This document shows, piece by piece, positions 48,201 through 61,037 of a DNA stretch of 64,000 nt. The number at the start of each line of letters is the position of its first letter. Position 1 is the stretch's first letter. A model generated the notes under the pieces. That model was not told the DNA's origin, ran no database searches, and worked only from the letters and a program-made list of their open reading frames with translations. The DNA lies in the NCBI GenBank assembly GCA_965637545.1, contig OZ281501.1, positions 15,314,001 to 15,378,000 on the forward strand, given 5' to 3'. Source of the stretch: Phallusia mammillata. Taxonomy: Eukaryota. A program made the position numbers and the translations under genes.

Positions 48201-49596
48201 CAAAATGTAACCAACGCAATATATTAGTTAAAGAAATCAAAGAAAACCGCTGTGCGTCAAAAAGGAAACTTTAAATAATAATTTAATGTTGATTTTTTCA
48301 GGCAAAACTCGATGCTTCGACGCATTTCCTATCTGGTTGCCACAGACCTTGCGTGCTGGATCCCGATTTGCGTCATGTCGTTTATGAACTTAGCAGGGGC
48401 TCCGGTCCCCGAAAACGTAAGTTCAATCTAGCGGGGACAATTTCTGCGTAACTCCAAAAATACCATTTGCGTCAAACGTCGCATAACGCGAGTCCTTGGA
48501 AAAAACAAAATCCGCACGCTTTCAGTCAAAGTACTCATGGTGAAAAAACAACAACAAATATCCGGTTTTGATTCGTTGACGTAATCCGCTTAGCCCGCTT
48601 CACAACTGGCCGAAAATAGATCGCCAGTCGTATGGGAGTCGAACGTAAACAGTCTGATCGCCGGTTACGCCAAGCAAGCACGAACCTACGGAGCCTCCAT
48701 TCGCCATAAACCACACTTGGCTAACTCGAGTCTATTTCAGTACCGTGGTGACGTTGTGGTGCGTCAAGTAGCGCTTGCTGACCTTTACTTGGCCGTGGCC
48801 GTTCGCCGTCGGTACCAGTTAGCGAAACTGAACTTGTCCAATAATTAGCGAAGCAACAACCGACCGACGGCGTATAGTTTTTTCGGCCCAATAATTTTCC
48901 GACAAAGCTGTCAACTTTTGTCGAAGTATTAAGCCACGGATTACTAGTTCGTGATGTTTTTTTGCCCGGCGCGCGCCATATTGAACTAATACCTAGGTTA
49001 ATGCGTCAATTGATCTACCAGTATAGCTAATGCTTGTCTTTTCGGTGTTTTTTGCAGGCTTACGCCATTTCGGCTGTAATTTTGCTTCCGATCAACAGCG
49101 CGCTAAATCCTTTGCTCTACTCCAACGTCATTCAGCGGATCGCTTTCAAAATTGTTACATGTGGAAAAGGGTAAGACTGAGATTTTTTAAATTTGCATGA
49201 GAACATGAGTAAAATGAGAAAAGAAAAAGGCTTTGTAAATTGAACCAAAATAACACGTCACTCTATTTAAGAAAATGCAATCTCTCGTTTTGAAAAAAAT
49301 ATTACAAACAAGATGCTCTTTTGTTCTTCTTAAATTTAAAGACTGTTTGCATTTGTGACGTCAACAGAAAACTGACGTCAGAAGTGACGAGACCGCACGA
49401 AACACGTGACAACCGGAGCTCTGACAAGGCGTCAACAGCTTCCAGGGAGCCTTCCCTCCGACGAAAAAAGGCCCAAAGCGAGAAGCTTCACGTTGCCATG
49501 AGCACCTTAAACAATGAGAAAACTGGAGAAACTGTTCTATCATCCGTTAAAACACCTGGAATCGATGATCAAGAAGTTACATCTCCGATGTTGTAG
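27264..49596 (+). CDS. Multi-LDLa G protein-coupled receptor (RXFP/LGR/GRL101-related 7TM; about 18-19 LDLa repeats, no LRRs), 1289 aa, 25 coding exons
   Basis: Exons, all GT-AG with compatible phases (total 3870 nt): 27264-27354 (signal peptide MRSTWMIGWMLLPIITVIG), 31520-31748, 32227-32363, 33515-33666, 34626-34709, 34976-35064, 35480-35569, 35652-35817, 36348-36483, 37224-37441, 37879-38082, 40525-40606, 41115-41305, 41425-41545, 41918-42059, 42767-42953, 43219-43294, 43450-43629 (last LDLa, hinge, TM1 RYLIWVMGGLSIIG), 44235-44630 (TM2 INLATADLLMGVYL to TM4), 45134-45315, 46597-46758 (YYSAHSVCMP), 47826-47923 (TM5), 48302-48416 (TM6 ATDLACWIPI), 49058-49170 (TM7 LPINSALNPLLY), 49368-49596 (Ser/Thr-rich tail, TAG). 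Repeated CDG...DC.DGSDE motifs. Confidence 0.9.
32604..33023. mobile_element. Long-TIR non-autonomous DNA transposon (GG...CC termini; Merlin- or MULE-like), 420 bp, nested in a CGGGT repeat in GPCR intron 3
   Basis: About 100-bp imperfect inverted repeats starting GGGTGACA(C/G)TAAAACACTGAAT. Internal GCGGGACGTC tandem units. Flanking 8-mers TCCGGGTT (32596-32603) and TACGGGTT (33024-33031) differ by one base. Confidence 0.75.
36716..36767. repeat. 26-bp tandem duplication in GPCR intron 9
   Basis: TATTTCAGTGCAGTTCTGGC(G/A)AGTTT x2. Confidence 0.85.
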
Positions 49597-50060
49597 CTGA
49601 ATATACATGTTTTACCACCTATAGTGTTGGGTTAAGGTCAATTGCCTTCGGACACAGAATAGTGGTAAATAAAGTGTGTTAGTTGTTCAGGAATACTGTA
49701 TTTTGTTACTGACTCAACGTGGGGGTTTAAATGGAGTTCAACATTCGTATTGCAAGTAAACTATTGGTCGACTGCCGGCATTCAATTGTTTAAAAGCATT
49801 GAATGTGTAAAATGAAAGTCGACCCTTCTACCAAATTTGTCAACAAAATGTAGTGAACGCTACAACTGCCACGTGTTCTGCTATGCCATACAAGGCATTG
49901 TTGCATTGCTCTTCATGCCAATCTTGCCAGTAATGTGGTCTTTAGTAAGTGGTTTTTAACCTCTTTGTTACGGAATTTTTTTATAAGTTTTTAGGTCTTT
50001 ATGGAACCTTACGTACAACTTAAAGGTGCCGCGGCTTAACAGTGGTTAGCCCTTCTTTAA

Positions 50061-50095
50061 CAGTGGTTCTCAACCTTTGATATTCGTGGCCCATT
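50061..50095. mobile_element. Solo left end of a hAT MITE
   Basis: CAGTGGTTCTCAACCTTT, one mismatch to the TIR at 14985. No right end seen. Confidence 0.5.
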
Positions 50096-53000
50096 TACAA
50101 ACTAACCCTTGTCACTAGTCATTTCGTTCATTCGTGACCTCCTTAGGGGACATATAGGGAAATTTGAAAACGCTGTCCTAGAACCACCCTTTGATTCCCC
50201 GGGTCGAAAAAACCCAATTTTCGAACCAAGATACTTGAGCCGAAGTCCCCATTTCCCTTGGATAGATCTTGTCCAAGTACACAATGACCGCTTGTGACCA
50301 CGTAAATTACATTGCCTCTGGACCATACCAGTGTACCTTCTCTACTTGGTCTCCTGCACGCTTGTTATTGTGTTATTCAATGTGTCTGAGTGGGTTATTG
50401 TTTTCGTTGTTTTCAAAAGTTTCAAAACATTTCGTGTTGTGTGTGCCACGCAGAATAGACATTCGTATAGTTGCAATCTTGACTGCATTTGTCGGTAGAT
50501 AATAAAAAGTTCAATTCAAAGTAAAGTCACAACTAATTTAGAAGAATAATCAGCTTGCAGTTCCCGATATTAAAAAAATATAAGAGTGTAAAATCGAGTT
50601 TGAAACGGTATAGGGTGTGTTTTGATCATTTATTGTATAGTATTCGTTCTAAGTTGTTTATACTTTTTTTAATCTGTCATTATTAGGCGTATTATGTATT
50701 GTAGAGGTTAAGCATATCTTTGACTTCAATGAAAGTATTTCCTATTCCAACGATCAGTTGCGCCTCAAAACAAACCACAATTCAGCAGAACACGATTTAC
50801 GCTTATATCCAATTTTGTCTTTCTCCAATCCATACAACAACAACCCATGCGTCCTGTTAAAGTTATCAATTTTAGAAAATGAGACACTTCTGTTTGTTTT
50901 TGAGTAAAACGCACATTTTCAGACGTAAACATAGAAGACGTAGGTCTACGTATATCTAAACCTCAAGGTGACGTCAAGCAAGGTGCGATGTCAAATAATT
51001 GCTGGCCGTGCATCCTTAATAAACAAACCGTTGCTGTCAGACTCTATATTCATTAAACGGTTACTTCCTCGGAATTAAATTTGCTTTTCTTCCATGGTTT
51101 TGACGTGTAACACTTAATACGATTTTAAAATAGTTAAGTTACGGAAATTGGAACATTTAGTAAAAGCTATCAATGTTATGTAAACCCATCAGATACAGCG
51201 ACACGTACTGATATGGAAGCTTAACAAAGAATGAAGCTAACATATAACTTTAGTATTTTATCATTCAAATGTATCAACAAAAAACAAAAGATTATTTTAG
51301 TAATAAAGACAAAAAGTTTTATCATCAGGTCAAAATAATAAAATGATTGCGGTTTTCTTGTTTCCATGGTAGTTTTATTGTTATTACAGCTTCCATATTT
51401 TAGTGCTAAATATATATTCGATGCACATATCTATTTAATTGCGTCCAAAATCTGAAACCGGTTTCCGGCGTGGATTATCGTGCAAATCGTGTAATTAGGC
51501 TCTGGGGCTATAAAATTTCCCCGCTAGAAAAATGAATCCAGCAACACGCCTGTACAGTTAGGTGGCAATGCATATCATTCTGGCATTGAGCGCAGAGTTC
51601 CCAATGTACAAGTTCACGCGATAGACATCTTAACTCCCAAACTATGTTTATCAGGGTGTTGTAAAAACAAACGCTGCAAAGATTTTCAATCAGTTCGCCC
51701 CCTAAGGCCCATTTTCTTCCGGAAATAGAATCTTATTGCAACTTATACACAACATGCTTTTCAGCTCTGAGGTGTTAAATCACACTTAGGTAAGATATTT
51801 TTTGATATTCGAGTACGCTGTGTTTTTTCAAGATTACAAGTAGTTGTTTTGTACAAAAAATGGCAGGCTTTTGTTTCGCTAAACGTTTTGCCATATCCTC
51901 AATAAGTTAATAGCGTTATGTGCCGAAGATGAATACATGGGAATGCTTCGGAGACCGGCTGATTGGGTACAACGTCTTTAATGGCTTGGTGTACTATGAT
52001 TTGTGTGTTATGTGCCGACACGTGTAATACAAAAATATATGTTGATTTTCAATTGAATACAAGCAAGCCGTATCCGTCATTCGATCGATGGTTGTTATGA
52101 CACATATGATTTTTGTCAAAAAAAATTGCCATTTTATGTCCTCTAATAAAACACATATTAAATAAATTTGCACTTTCTAAAAAACAAAATAAAAATATCC
52201 CTATTACTAATTCGCAGTTTAAACCGTCCGAAATCGGGATCGCCCACAACAAATATTCAGTTTTGGAAATACTTTCGTAATGGATTGTTTGATTGTAGTT
52301 TCTAATATGATAAAAGCCAAGAAACTGTAATTATTGTCTAACTATATTAAAATTTTTGCAATAGTATGACATTTTACAAGAAAGCAAAACCTCATTTTTC
52401 GAGACTATTATAATTAACTAACCAAACGCACCGCGAAAGATTTAATACAGCGGCTAAATGACATAATTATAGGTTTCCGAAAAAAATTTGTGGTTCAAGA
52501 GTCTAACCGAGAAGTTGGCTAAACCCACATGCAGCAAACCGTAGAAAAGTCCACGTAGCCGTCGTAGCCTAGGGCAGTAAAGACAGCTGTTCATCTCGTC
52601 GTTCGAATTTGTTTATTGGCAACCAAGCAAAGGATTTTGCAACCTTCTATCAAAATCAGACTATCTATGCGTTCGCGCGTCTGATAGAGTCGTGATTTTT
52701 TAATGCATTATATACTTACGTAAACCAACTAAGCACTGAAGCATAATAGTCAGCATTTTATGGAGACCAAAATGACAAGCAAAGTAACAGAAAAAAACAC
52801 GTAAAAATATTTTAAGTTATGGGTGATGAATACATTGGTCGATATGATAGGCCAATCCGACAAGTTTTCTCCACCAAATGTTTAGCTAAAAATCTATCGC
52901 ATCGCTAGTGATATAATGAGGTGTACTCCACTGTTTATTTGAAAATTTACCAGATCCATATTCGGTCTTCAAAAATACTTTCCAGTTGTGAAAAATGAAA

Positions 53001-56000
53001 GCCGGTTTGGAATGTGGCGAAAAGTTACATGTCAATTTTGCGATGAAAAGATTACCAAAAAGTGGTAGAACGCAACTATCTAACACTATAGCGTGTAAAA
53101 CGAAGTAATTATGACCACCTTGTCAATGTTAACAAGAATCTGTATTTCACATCGAAAGCTGGAACCCAATTTTTAAAGGAGGATGTTACAGCGTTGGTAA
53201 GATTGTGCACAGACCATCTACAAATATTGTATTGTTTCGAATCTACAGTCTATGTCGCAGAAAACCATCGGCCATCACCTTACGGGAAACAACCATAACC
53301 AGCCATTCGCGTTTCGTACAACAAAGCACACTCCGCAAAAGGCAAACTTTCGGAAACCCACTACATTGAACCGAAAAACAATACCCAGAAAAAAGCACTG
53401 TTTACCAAAACAACCCAAATGCAATCTGGCAGTCGACGACCACCTGACGTAGCAATGACGCACCTCGAGTTATTTCGGTACCAAGCCTGTGTTGCATGGC
53501 AGCAATCTCCACTGATGCTTACACACAAATTTACGGCTGGAACGAAACCGCGAAGAACTACGGGCCAAGTTCCCCTGACGTCAGCAACGCATCACCGTGT
53601 CCAGCCAAGCGAGACGTTGTCTGGCCGTATCTGTGTTTTCTAACGTTGAAAAGCCCAATACGGCAAATCTGGCATCGTTACGACGGGACTGTGGTTTGTT
53701 GAGAAAGGCGGAAGGAAATGTTTACCAGGGTTGGAAATATTCGAAACCTTTCCAGGAACGAAAAACGCATTTTTGCGACAAAAGGCGGTTGTTTAAAATG
53801 ATGATTATACCCTGCTTGAGCATTATCATACGCATGCCACTTTAATAGCACTTGCCTAAACGTAGTTATGTTTTATACCCAAATACTGGCTTTGATTTGT
53901 TTGCTTATGTCACTTTAAATTAAAGCTTTTGAATTAGTAACAAAGATGCTTTAACTTAGATTTTTAACGGTCTTGCGAATAATACACAGAAACCTGTAAT
54001 AAACTTGTATCCGAAAATGGAAAAGTATTGTTTTATCAAAGATATTGTCACGAAAATAATACAAATCACCCCCCAAAAAACTATTTTAATATTTGTTCAA
54101 CATGCGACATCTTTAAAATGCGTAAAGGTACATTGCAGCCAAGCTAGCCTTGCGGCATTCACTCTAACCATGGTTAATTCGATTTTCCCGTCGCTGTCAG
54201 CAAAACATCACCGAAAAAAGATATGCGCTTACTGCGAGATCAAGTTAAAAATAGACTTGCGGCGGGGAAACATGGCCTGTTGCGCCGCCGGTAATGTCTC
54301 GCTTGACGCAGATCGGTCGAGTCCGGGTCCTCTGTCCGTTTACCAGTGCCTCTATCATCACCCGCAATCGGCGAAAGAGAAACAAGCCTCCTTTCGAAGA
54401 GAGTCACCCGAAAAAGAAACTTTGAAATGGTGAGAGAGTGTTGGAGCACTAGAGCATCTGCCCCCATTTTCATCTCTAGCTGTTGTGATGACTTTACCAT
54501 ATACCACAACATAACAACAAACTTATGTTGCAAGTTTAGTTGGAGCTAATCACCAACTTCAAAATTAAGCGTAGCGTCTGTATCCGCACCACACAACATC
54601 CACATGGTGTCGCCAATGCTTCGCTGCTGGCGTATTGATGCGCCTGCGCCAGGCATGTAAGGGCAAAGTCTCGTAACCTTCTTTTACTGTCGCTACAATT
54701 GCTCGGAAAACGGCGGCACATTTAACACTAAAATACGGGTAACAATAAATAAAACAGAAAAACAACTTGCGATGTAAAATATACTTTATGAAGGATTTGT
54801 GTTAGTTTTACAGCAGTTCGCATGCGAGCACAGTCGCTGTAATTTTCCATGTGTTATAACAGTAAAAAACTCCCGTTAAATATTAATGAAAGTAAATTAA
54901 GTTGTACCGGTAGTTACAATTTGGTTCACTCTGATCTGTCTCGCAGCGGTCCAGCGTTTTAGGTACTCGTTTAACTTGGTATTACTTTTCATGCAATTTC
55001 TGAAGTGGGTTGTTTGTGTTATTTATTTTCATCCACGTCATTCGGGGAACGACAAAACGGTCTATGCTTACATTGACTGCCTGCCGAAATAGCTTGTCTG
55101 TTGGATAATTTATTGTTTTGGTGATTGCAATTTAGTTTAACCATCAATGAGATTCCAATGAGAAACAGTGAAGCGCAACTAAGTTATCTATGAAATCTAC
55201 AATGGTTTAACTGCAAAAAATAAACCAAATTTATGATGCGGAACAAATCGTGAACTTTTGCGGTTTTGTGGTCCGTCTTATATTTTTCCAAATTTTGTTA
55301 GCACATGTTTGTTGTTAGCAAGTTTGATCAAGCATGCGTAGTATATTTTTCGTTCTACGCCAGACCGTGCTAATGTTATAAATACTGCATTTAATGAGCA
55401 TTATTATCGAATCCAAGGTGAAGGACTCAAGCAAATCAAAGTCAAAATTCCACATCAACACGCCGCAAGATGCAGGTTAGATTAAAAAAACCTGCGGTAC
55501 GAACTGAACCTAAAAGAGCTGCTGAAAATCAAATCACATTACTAATCGTTGCGCAAGCGTTTTTCATTAAATTACCGTTAACCTAATTGGCACCTCAGGA
55601 TATATATTTGCAACATACTCTATTAATTTGTTTTACATCTCCGTTTAAACTGTGTTAAGGTGCACAAAATAATTGTTTTTGTTTTTTGTTAAAGAACTTG
55701 ACATTTCGATGATTTTTAATACGATTAGATTATTCAGATCAACTTTTTTCATATACAAACCGGTTGACAAAACGCTTGTGTAGTATTCCCCTAACATCAT
55801 TACGTCAGCATTTCTAATTTTGCCGCAAAACGTATCAACAAATGTCAGAAATTCCAGGGTATGGAGAGAACGACACCGTCGCGGTGTTTAAAACCGGTAA
55901 CAGCAAATACGCCCGGCAACAAGTTACGACAAACTTGAAAATAAACCCCTATGTTTGCAGACGAATGTCTACAAAGCTGGGCAACTACATTGCCTAGCCC

Positions 56001-59000
56001 AGCAAAGGGAGAAAATATCCCATAGGTATCCCTTCGTCACACAAATCGTTAACCAGCCTCAGTGACGTAAAACATCGTCGCCATGATATGAAGCGAGGTA
56101 CGCCAGGAATTCAATTCACGCCGAAGCTACTGTCTATTTCAGTACACACGACGGTTCAGGTAAACATACCAGGCTTTATTGACATCGGCAACGCCAAACA
56201 GACCCAACGTGCGTCCTTCTCCGCTTTAGCGAGGTTTTCATAGTGCGTGAACCCGCCAGCCTCTTCCCACTCCTGTATAAACATGCACTGGCGGTGAAAA
56301 GTGAGAAGTCAACACTCCTTGATGTGAGACGCAAGGTCAAACATTGTAAGGTTCCGGTATAGCAGACAGTTTTGCAAAGGAGGAAATCTGAAAAGCCACA
56401 GGTTTTCAGCAACCATTTTGTGGTGCTCGAGAGAAACCATCTTCTAGCGCTCAGCTTTTTTTTATGAAAAGACAACCAATTATCATCAACGATTAGTCAA
56501 ATCCGTAATACTATCTTCAGACTAAACTTTTTGTCACTACATTCATATTCGAGTTAAAAAGAAATTCAAATACAACATGAGTACTATTAGGGCGAGTTTT
56601 TAACTTTACGTATTATGTCATGTAAAAACTCAGTATAACCCTCAGTAATAACCTAAGGTAACCCTAGATAAGCAGACAAAATTGTCGGCACGACCTTCGA
56701 TCTACAAACAAGGGATTTCATCACGCCAACGACTCACGAAGCCATAGTTCTCAATTGGCTGATTCTCTTGACAAATCGCACTGTAAATAGAAATCGCTAC
56801 TGTGACATAAGCACGAAAATCCATGCGATAAAATAGTGAAATGCCAAGCCGGCGTTGGCCTTCAAACCTGCCAGGAAAAGCCGGTATCAAAAGCCGAAGT
56901 CCAAAAGTGCAAAGGGAGAAATGTTCGAATGCGTAAGATGGTGAGGTAATCCACAAACAAAAGCAATTTGACGTTTTCTCTAAAGTTAGAAGATCGCCCA
57001 CTATCGAAATCAGATGAATCGAACTAATCGCGTCGTTTGCGGCAAAAGCGTGATTTACGCCAAAGAGCGCGGTTGGATTTTTGACGCACTTGATTTATTT
57101 TCACTGCCAGATACAGCGCGAAATTGCCGCCACTCGTTTATGAGAAAGCGAGTGCTCTGGGCGTTTTGCGTCAATTCGCGCAATTCGTCAACATATGGAT
57201 CCTAAAATACTCTGCCGCGATTTTTTTCCGGTTTTTGCGCCGTGCGTAAGGGGTGCGCCAGTAAACGTCGCATGCAGCCCCACTAGCGCGTGAAAATGCC
57301 TTATACCATGTATCCAGGGCGCGGTCGGTGGCCAGCATCACTGTACGTCAAAAACGTAAAGCGACAAATGACTTAAGTTTAGTCAGACTGGGGGCAAAAC
57401 TCATATAATTCGCTTAAAAATAGAAATGCCGGCATTTCATGTTGCAGTAGCGAAGGAGCATGTTCGTTGAGACGAGTCGTGCCAGATCAAATGTCGCCTT
57501 TAGGTCCAACTATGCATATTGCGTGCTTCAAAGAAATGGCATTTAGAGTTTTAATCTAACCGCCACGTATATTGTAATGAATACACGCTGCCTTTGCTGT
57601 TTCTACTAGTTGGCATGCGAATCGAGAAATATCATAACCTCCCTGTGACTTCCAACGACGATAGCGGCATTTCAAATCACAAGTATTATTCCTTAGCAGT
57701 TACAAAGCAGCTTCTATTGCATGTTTAAACTGGGTACCTGATGATTTCGTGTGCACCGGTAACATTTAACAAATAACATATGTGTTGTTGTAACAAAAGA
57801 TGCAAATCGGGTTACCTGGGGTCGAATTGTATTTGTTTTCTATCACTACTTCAAAATCAACCAATCGTGACATATTATTTACATTGGTTGCACTGTATAA
57901 AGCACCTTATGCGACAGTAAGCAAAAAAAGTAAAAGTAAATCTGGCCAGATTCTTATTGAAAATATATATTTACCCGAGAAATATTGTGATGAAATCGAA
58001 CGATTAAATTGAAATTGAAAATTTGGTTTTGCACAAAACGACAGGTTAAAATGTAGCTCACCAACTCACGGCTAAAAATTTGCTAACAATCAGATTTTCG
58101 GTTAACTTGATACTGCAATGTAATTTCTAGAAATAGACTTGAAGGATATTTTAAAATGCGTGTATTTGTGGCATCTTTCAGAAAGGGTACGTTTCCGCAT
58201 GTAACATATCAAAAGATAGAAACACAGTGCACTATACCACTGCCAGTCAAACGATACCACATTAGGAATCAAAACCCAAAGCATCCGAGTGGCCGCTGAC
58301 ATTAAACTGTCAAAAAGGAACGTATAGCGTAAAAATACAACCCAGAATGCTATACAACCGCAAATATGCCACGCATTCAACGTGATGGTTGCCCAGGCGT
58401 GGATCCAGCAACACCCAACAATGGCAGTGTATAAATACCTGGGTCACGTTTGGGGATGCGCTCTATTCATTGCGGTTAGGAGGATAAACAGAGCATAGGA
58501 AATCGCGTCTATATTAAGCGCGCGTGGCATTACCTGTGACGCACGACGCAAATTACGTAGCGCGACGTTCAAACGCACGCAGAGGCGCAAATATAGACGC
58601 GGCGGTTGTGGGCGGCGCGCTACTGATGGAAGAGAGGCCAATGATTAGAGAAAAGAGAGGGTACACAGGTTAACGTCATGACGTACGACGCAAAAACGAG
58701 GAAGGCCGCGACGCAGATTAACAAGAAAGGTCGGGCGACGTACGACGTGTAAATTGATTAGACGTTTTCTGCCCCACTGAAGTTGCCGACATGCCGACAT
58801 TCGTGTAGCTTGTAAATCGATATTTGACGTAAAACGCTTCGAAATGCTTAGGGCAAGTCCTTAACACGTCGACACTACATGCAAAAATGAGTTTGCGGCT
58901 AAATCGGGACTAAAGTCTGCGTGTGCAACAAATTTTCCCTCATTTGCTGATGTACTGCAATTTGGTATACATAAATATGTTGTCTCATTTCAATTGCATG

Positions 59001-60910
59001 TCAACTTTCAATTGCAAATGTAACTTTTTGTGAATAATCTTACATATTGCGTACTACAAATTCTGTATTGCACTATGTTTCACCAAATTCAAATTTGCAA
59101 AACAAAGCAAAATAAGCAGCACTGCGTTGCGTTGTGGTGATTTTTCGCATGATTCACTTTAGTTGCAAAGGTTTTTAGCTATGATTAACCATAATTTTCG
59201 ACATAATCACATTGTGTGTAAAAATGTGAACGCAACACTTAGACCGTTGTTTGCACTTAAGGCGTTCGTAACACTTATCAAACTTTATCTATAGACAATC
59301 CATTTAAAGAAATTCCGGAAATTGAAAGTTTGGGCTTCAAAGTTGTGATAGTCAAAGATTAGGTTTCGGAAGAATTGTAAAAATCGCAACAAACCGAATG
59401 TTCTGCCGAATAAATTCGTCAAACCGAGGCTACGATAAATCACTGGTAAAAAAGGTTTCAAAACCAATATTATGCGGTTACTATATACGTCACAGTAAAA
59501 TTCACTTAGATACTGCGGAAAACGGGAACTGATATCGCGAAACCGGCGGTTTCGGCAAAATACTAATTATCTCAAGTAAAGGGATTGTTGCGGTGAGCTG
59601 TTTCACAAGACTCTTCCTGCTACCTGTGTTGAACGGTGCCCACCTAAACCCAGTGATCGAACCGCTAGATACTGTCGTGGTCAGCATATTCTGCTGGCGC
59701 CTGTTTCACAGATACAAAGGTATATAAACGGTGTGGTTATCGGGTTTCCTAATTCAGGAATTAACACGAACGCATCGGGAAGCCATGGAAAAATGACAGT
59801 CGTTTATTCGTGGAAACCTATTAATGAGGCGCGGCTACCCTATTAGGCGTCAACTTCCTCTTTCGAGCAACGACTGGTTGACATGTGATTCCTTGTTGAA
59901 TATAGAATAGTGATCAAAATCTTGTTGCGCAGTGCGTTACGCGACGCAAAGTCGTGGGAAACTGCGTGGCCCGGGCGTTCGCTCTGCGTTCTACACGTTG
60001 CCTATTTCGAGCCACGGCGGAAACGAATCACCGGTTGTGCTTTGAACTTCGATGCGAAGAGACGATTAGGCCCCCACAAGCCAATACGCAAGCCAACTAC
60101 TACCGGTTGTGCGACGACCGACAAGCGATTTGGGTTGTTTACGTATGCGTCCAAGTAGCGTGTGAAACTTCGACAACGACGCAATTGTACGTCGAGTACG
60201 GACTCGCATTACACGTGATGCTGTATTTGCCCAATCAATGTCGCTCGCTATTTGCGACTACAATTCTGACGAGGTATATTTAGCGGTGGCAGGGGCCGCT
60301 TCGAAAGAGGAAGCCTTCGGTTTGGATTATTTCTGGCATTTCGGCCGAACACTGACGCAAAAACCGCCAGAACACGGCGGCGTGAGAAACAGTGAATATG
60401 TGATTGGCGAAATGTGGCGGCAAGAACGGAAAGTGATGTATTTTGGGTGAGGTTAAAACCTCTCTGTTTCCCGAGGACAATTGTTTTATTTTATTTCAGC
60501 AAGGGCCGCGGCAGGATGGGATGAGTAAATGGGAAGAATATCGGGTTAAAATTTAAATATGGTTCCATGTTTTAAATATATTGCGACTGTTGCTAGTCCT
60601 TTGTATGAACTGTGCGTGTTTTAGACACATGTATATCGGGAATGGTGTCATTTGCTGCAATTCTTACAAGCACAAATCTATTAGGAATATGTCGCGGCTT
60701 TGGCGAAAGCAAAAAGCAAGTAACTTCACACATATCATAGAGTTTCATTCGATTTGCAGCTTGAGCCTAAACTTCAGTAACTCCATTTAAATAAAAACAA
60801 TCTTTGGTTGAAAAAATTCTGGTTGGAAATAATTAAAGATGGAAACACAGTGCATTTAAAGCTTTGAAACTAAGTTATTTAAACTTTATATCGCTGGTAG
60901 CAGTTTACAA

Positions 60911-61037
60911 AACTTTGATATTGGAAAACCAGTATAAACTTTGATAGTGGAAAACCAGTATAAACTTGATAGTGGAAAACCAGTATAAACTTGATAGTGG
61001 AAAACCAGTATAAACTTGATAGTGGAAAACCAGCATA
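60911..61037. repeat. Minisatellite, 5 copies of a 25-26-bp unit
   Basis: AACTT(T)GATA(G/T)TGGAAAACCAG(T/C)ATA head-to-tail with no spacers. Confidence 0.95.

Noticed and set aside
53250-53850. Overlapping short ORFs as a coding exon
   Set aside because: All frames terminate early with no family motif; the ORFs are explained by locally higher GC.
54005-54433. 142-aa ORF, with a possible exon ending TG/GTGAGA
   Set aside because: Non-ATG start, no recognisable domain, and no downstream phase-2 exon that continues the frame was found.
56400-56490. Box C/D snoRNA on the minus strand (TGATGA...CTGA...CTGA)
   Set aside because: Terminal stem is weak and I could not match the guide to any rRNA or snRNA from memory.
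60911-61037. CRISPR array
   Set aside because: Units are contiguous with no unique spacers, there are no cas genes and the context is eukaryotic.
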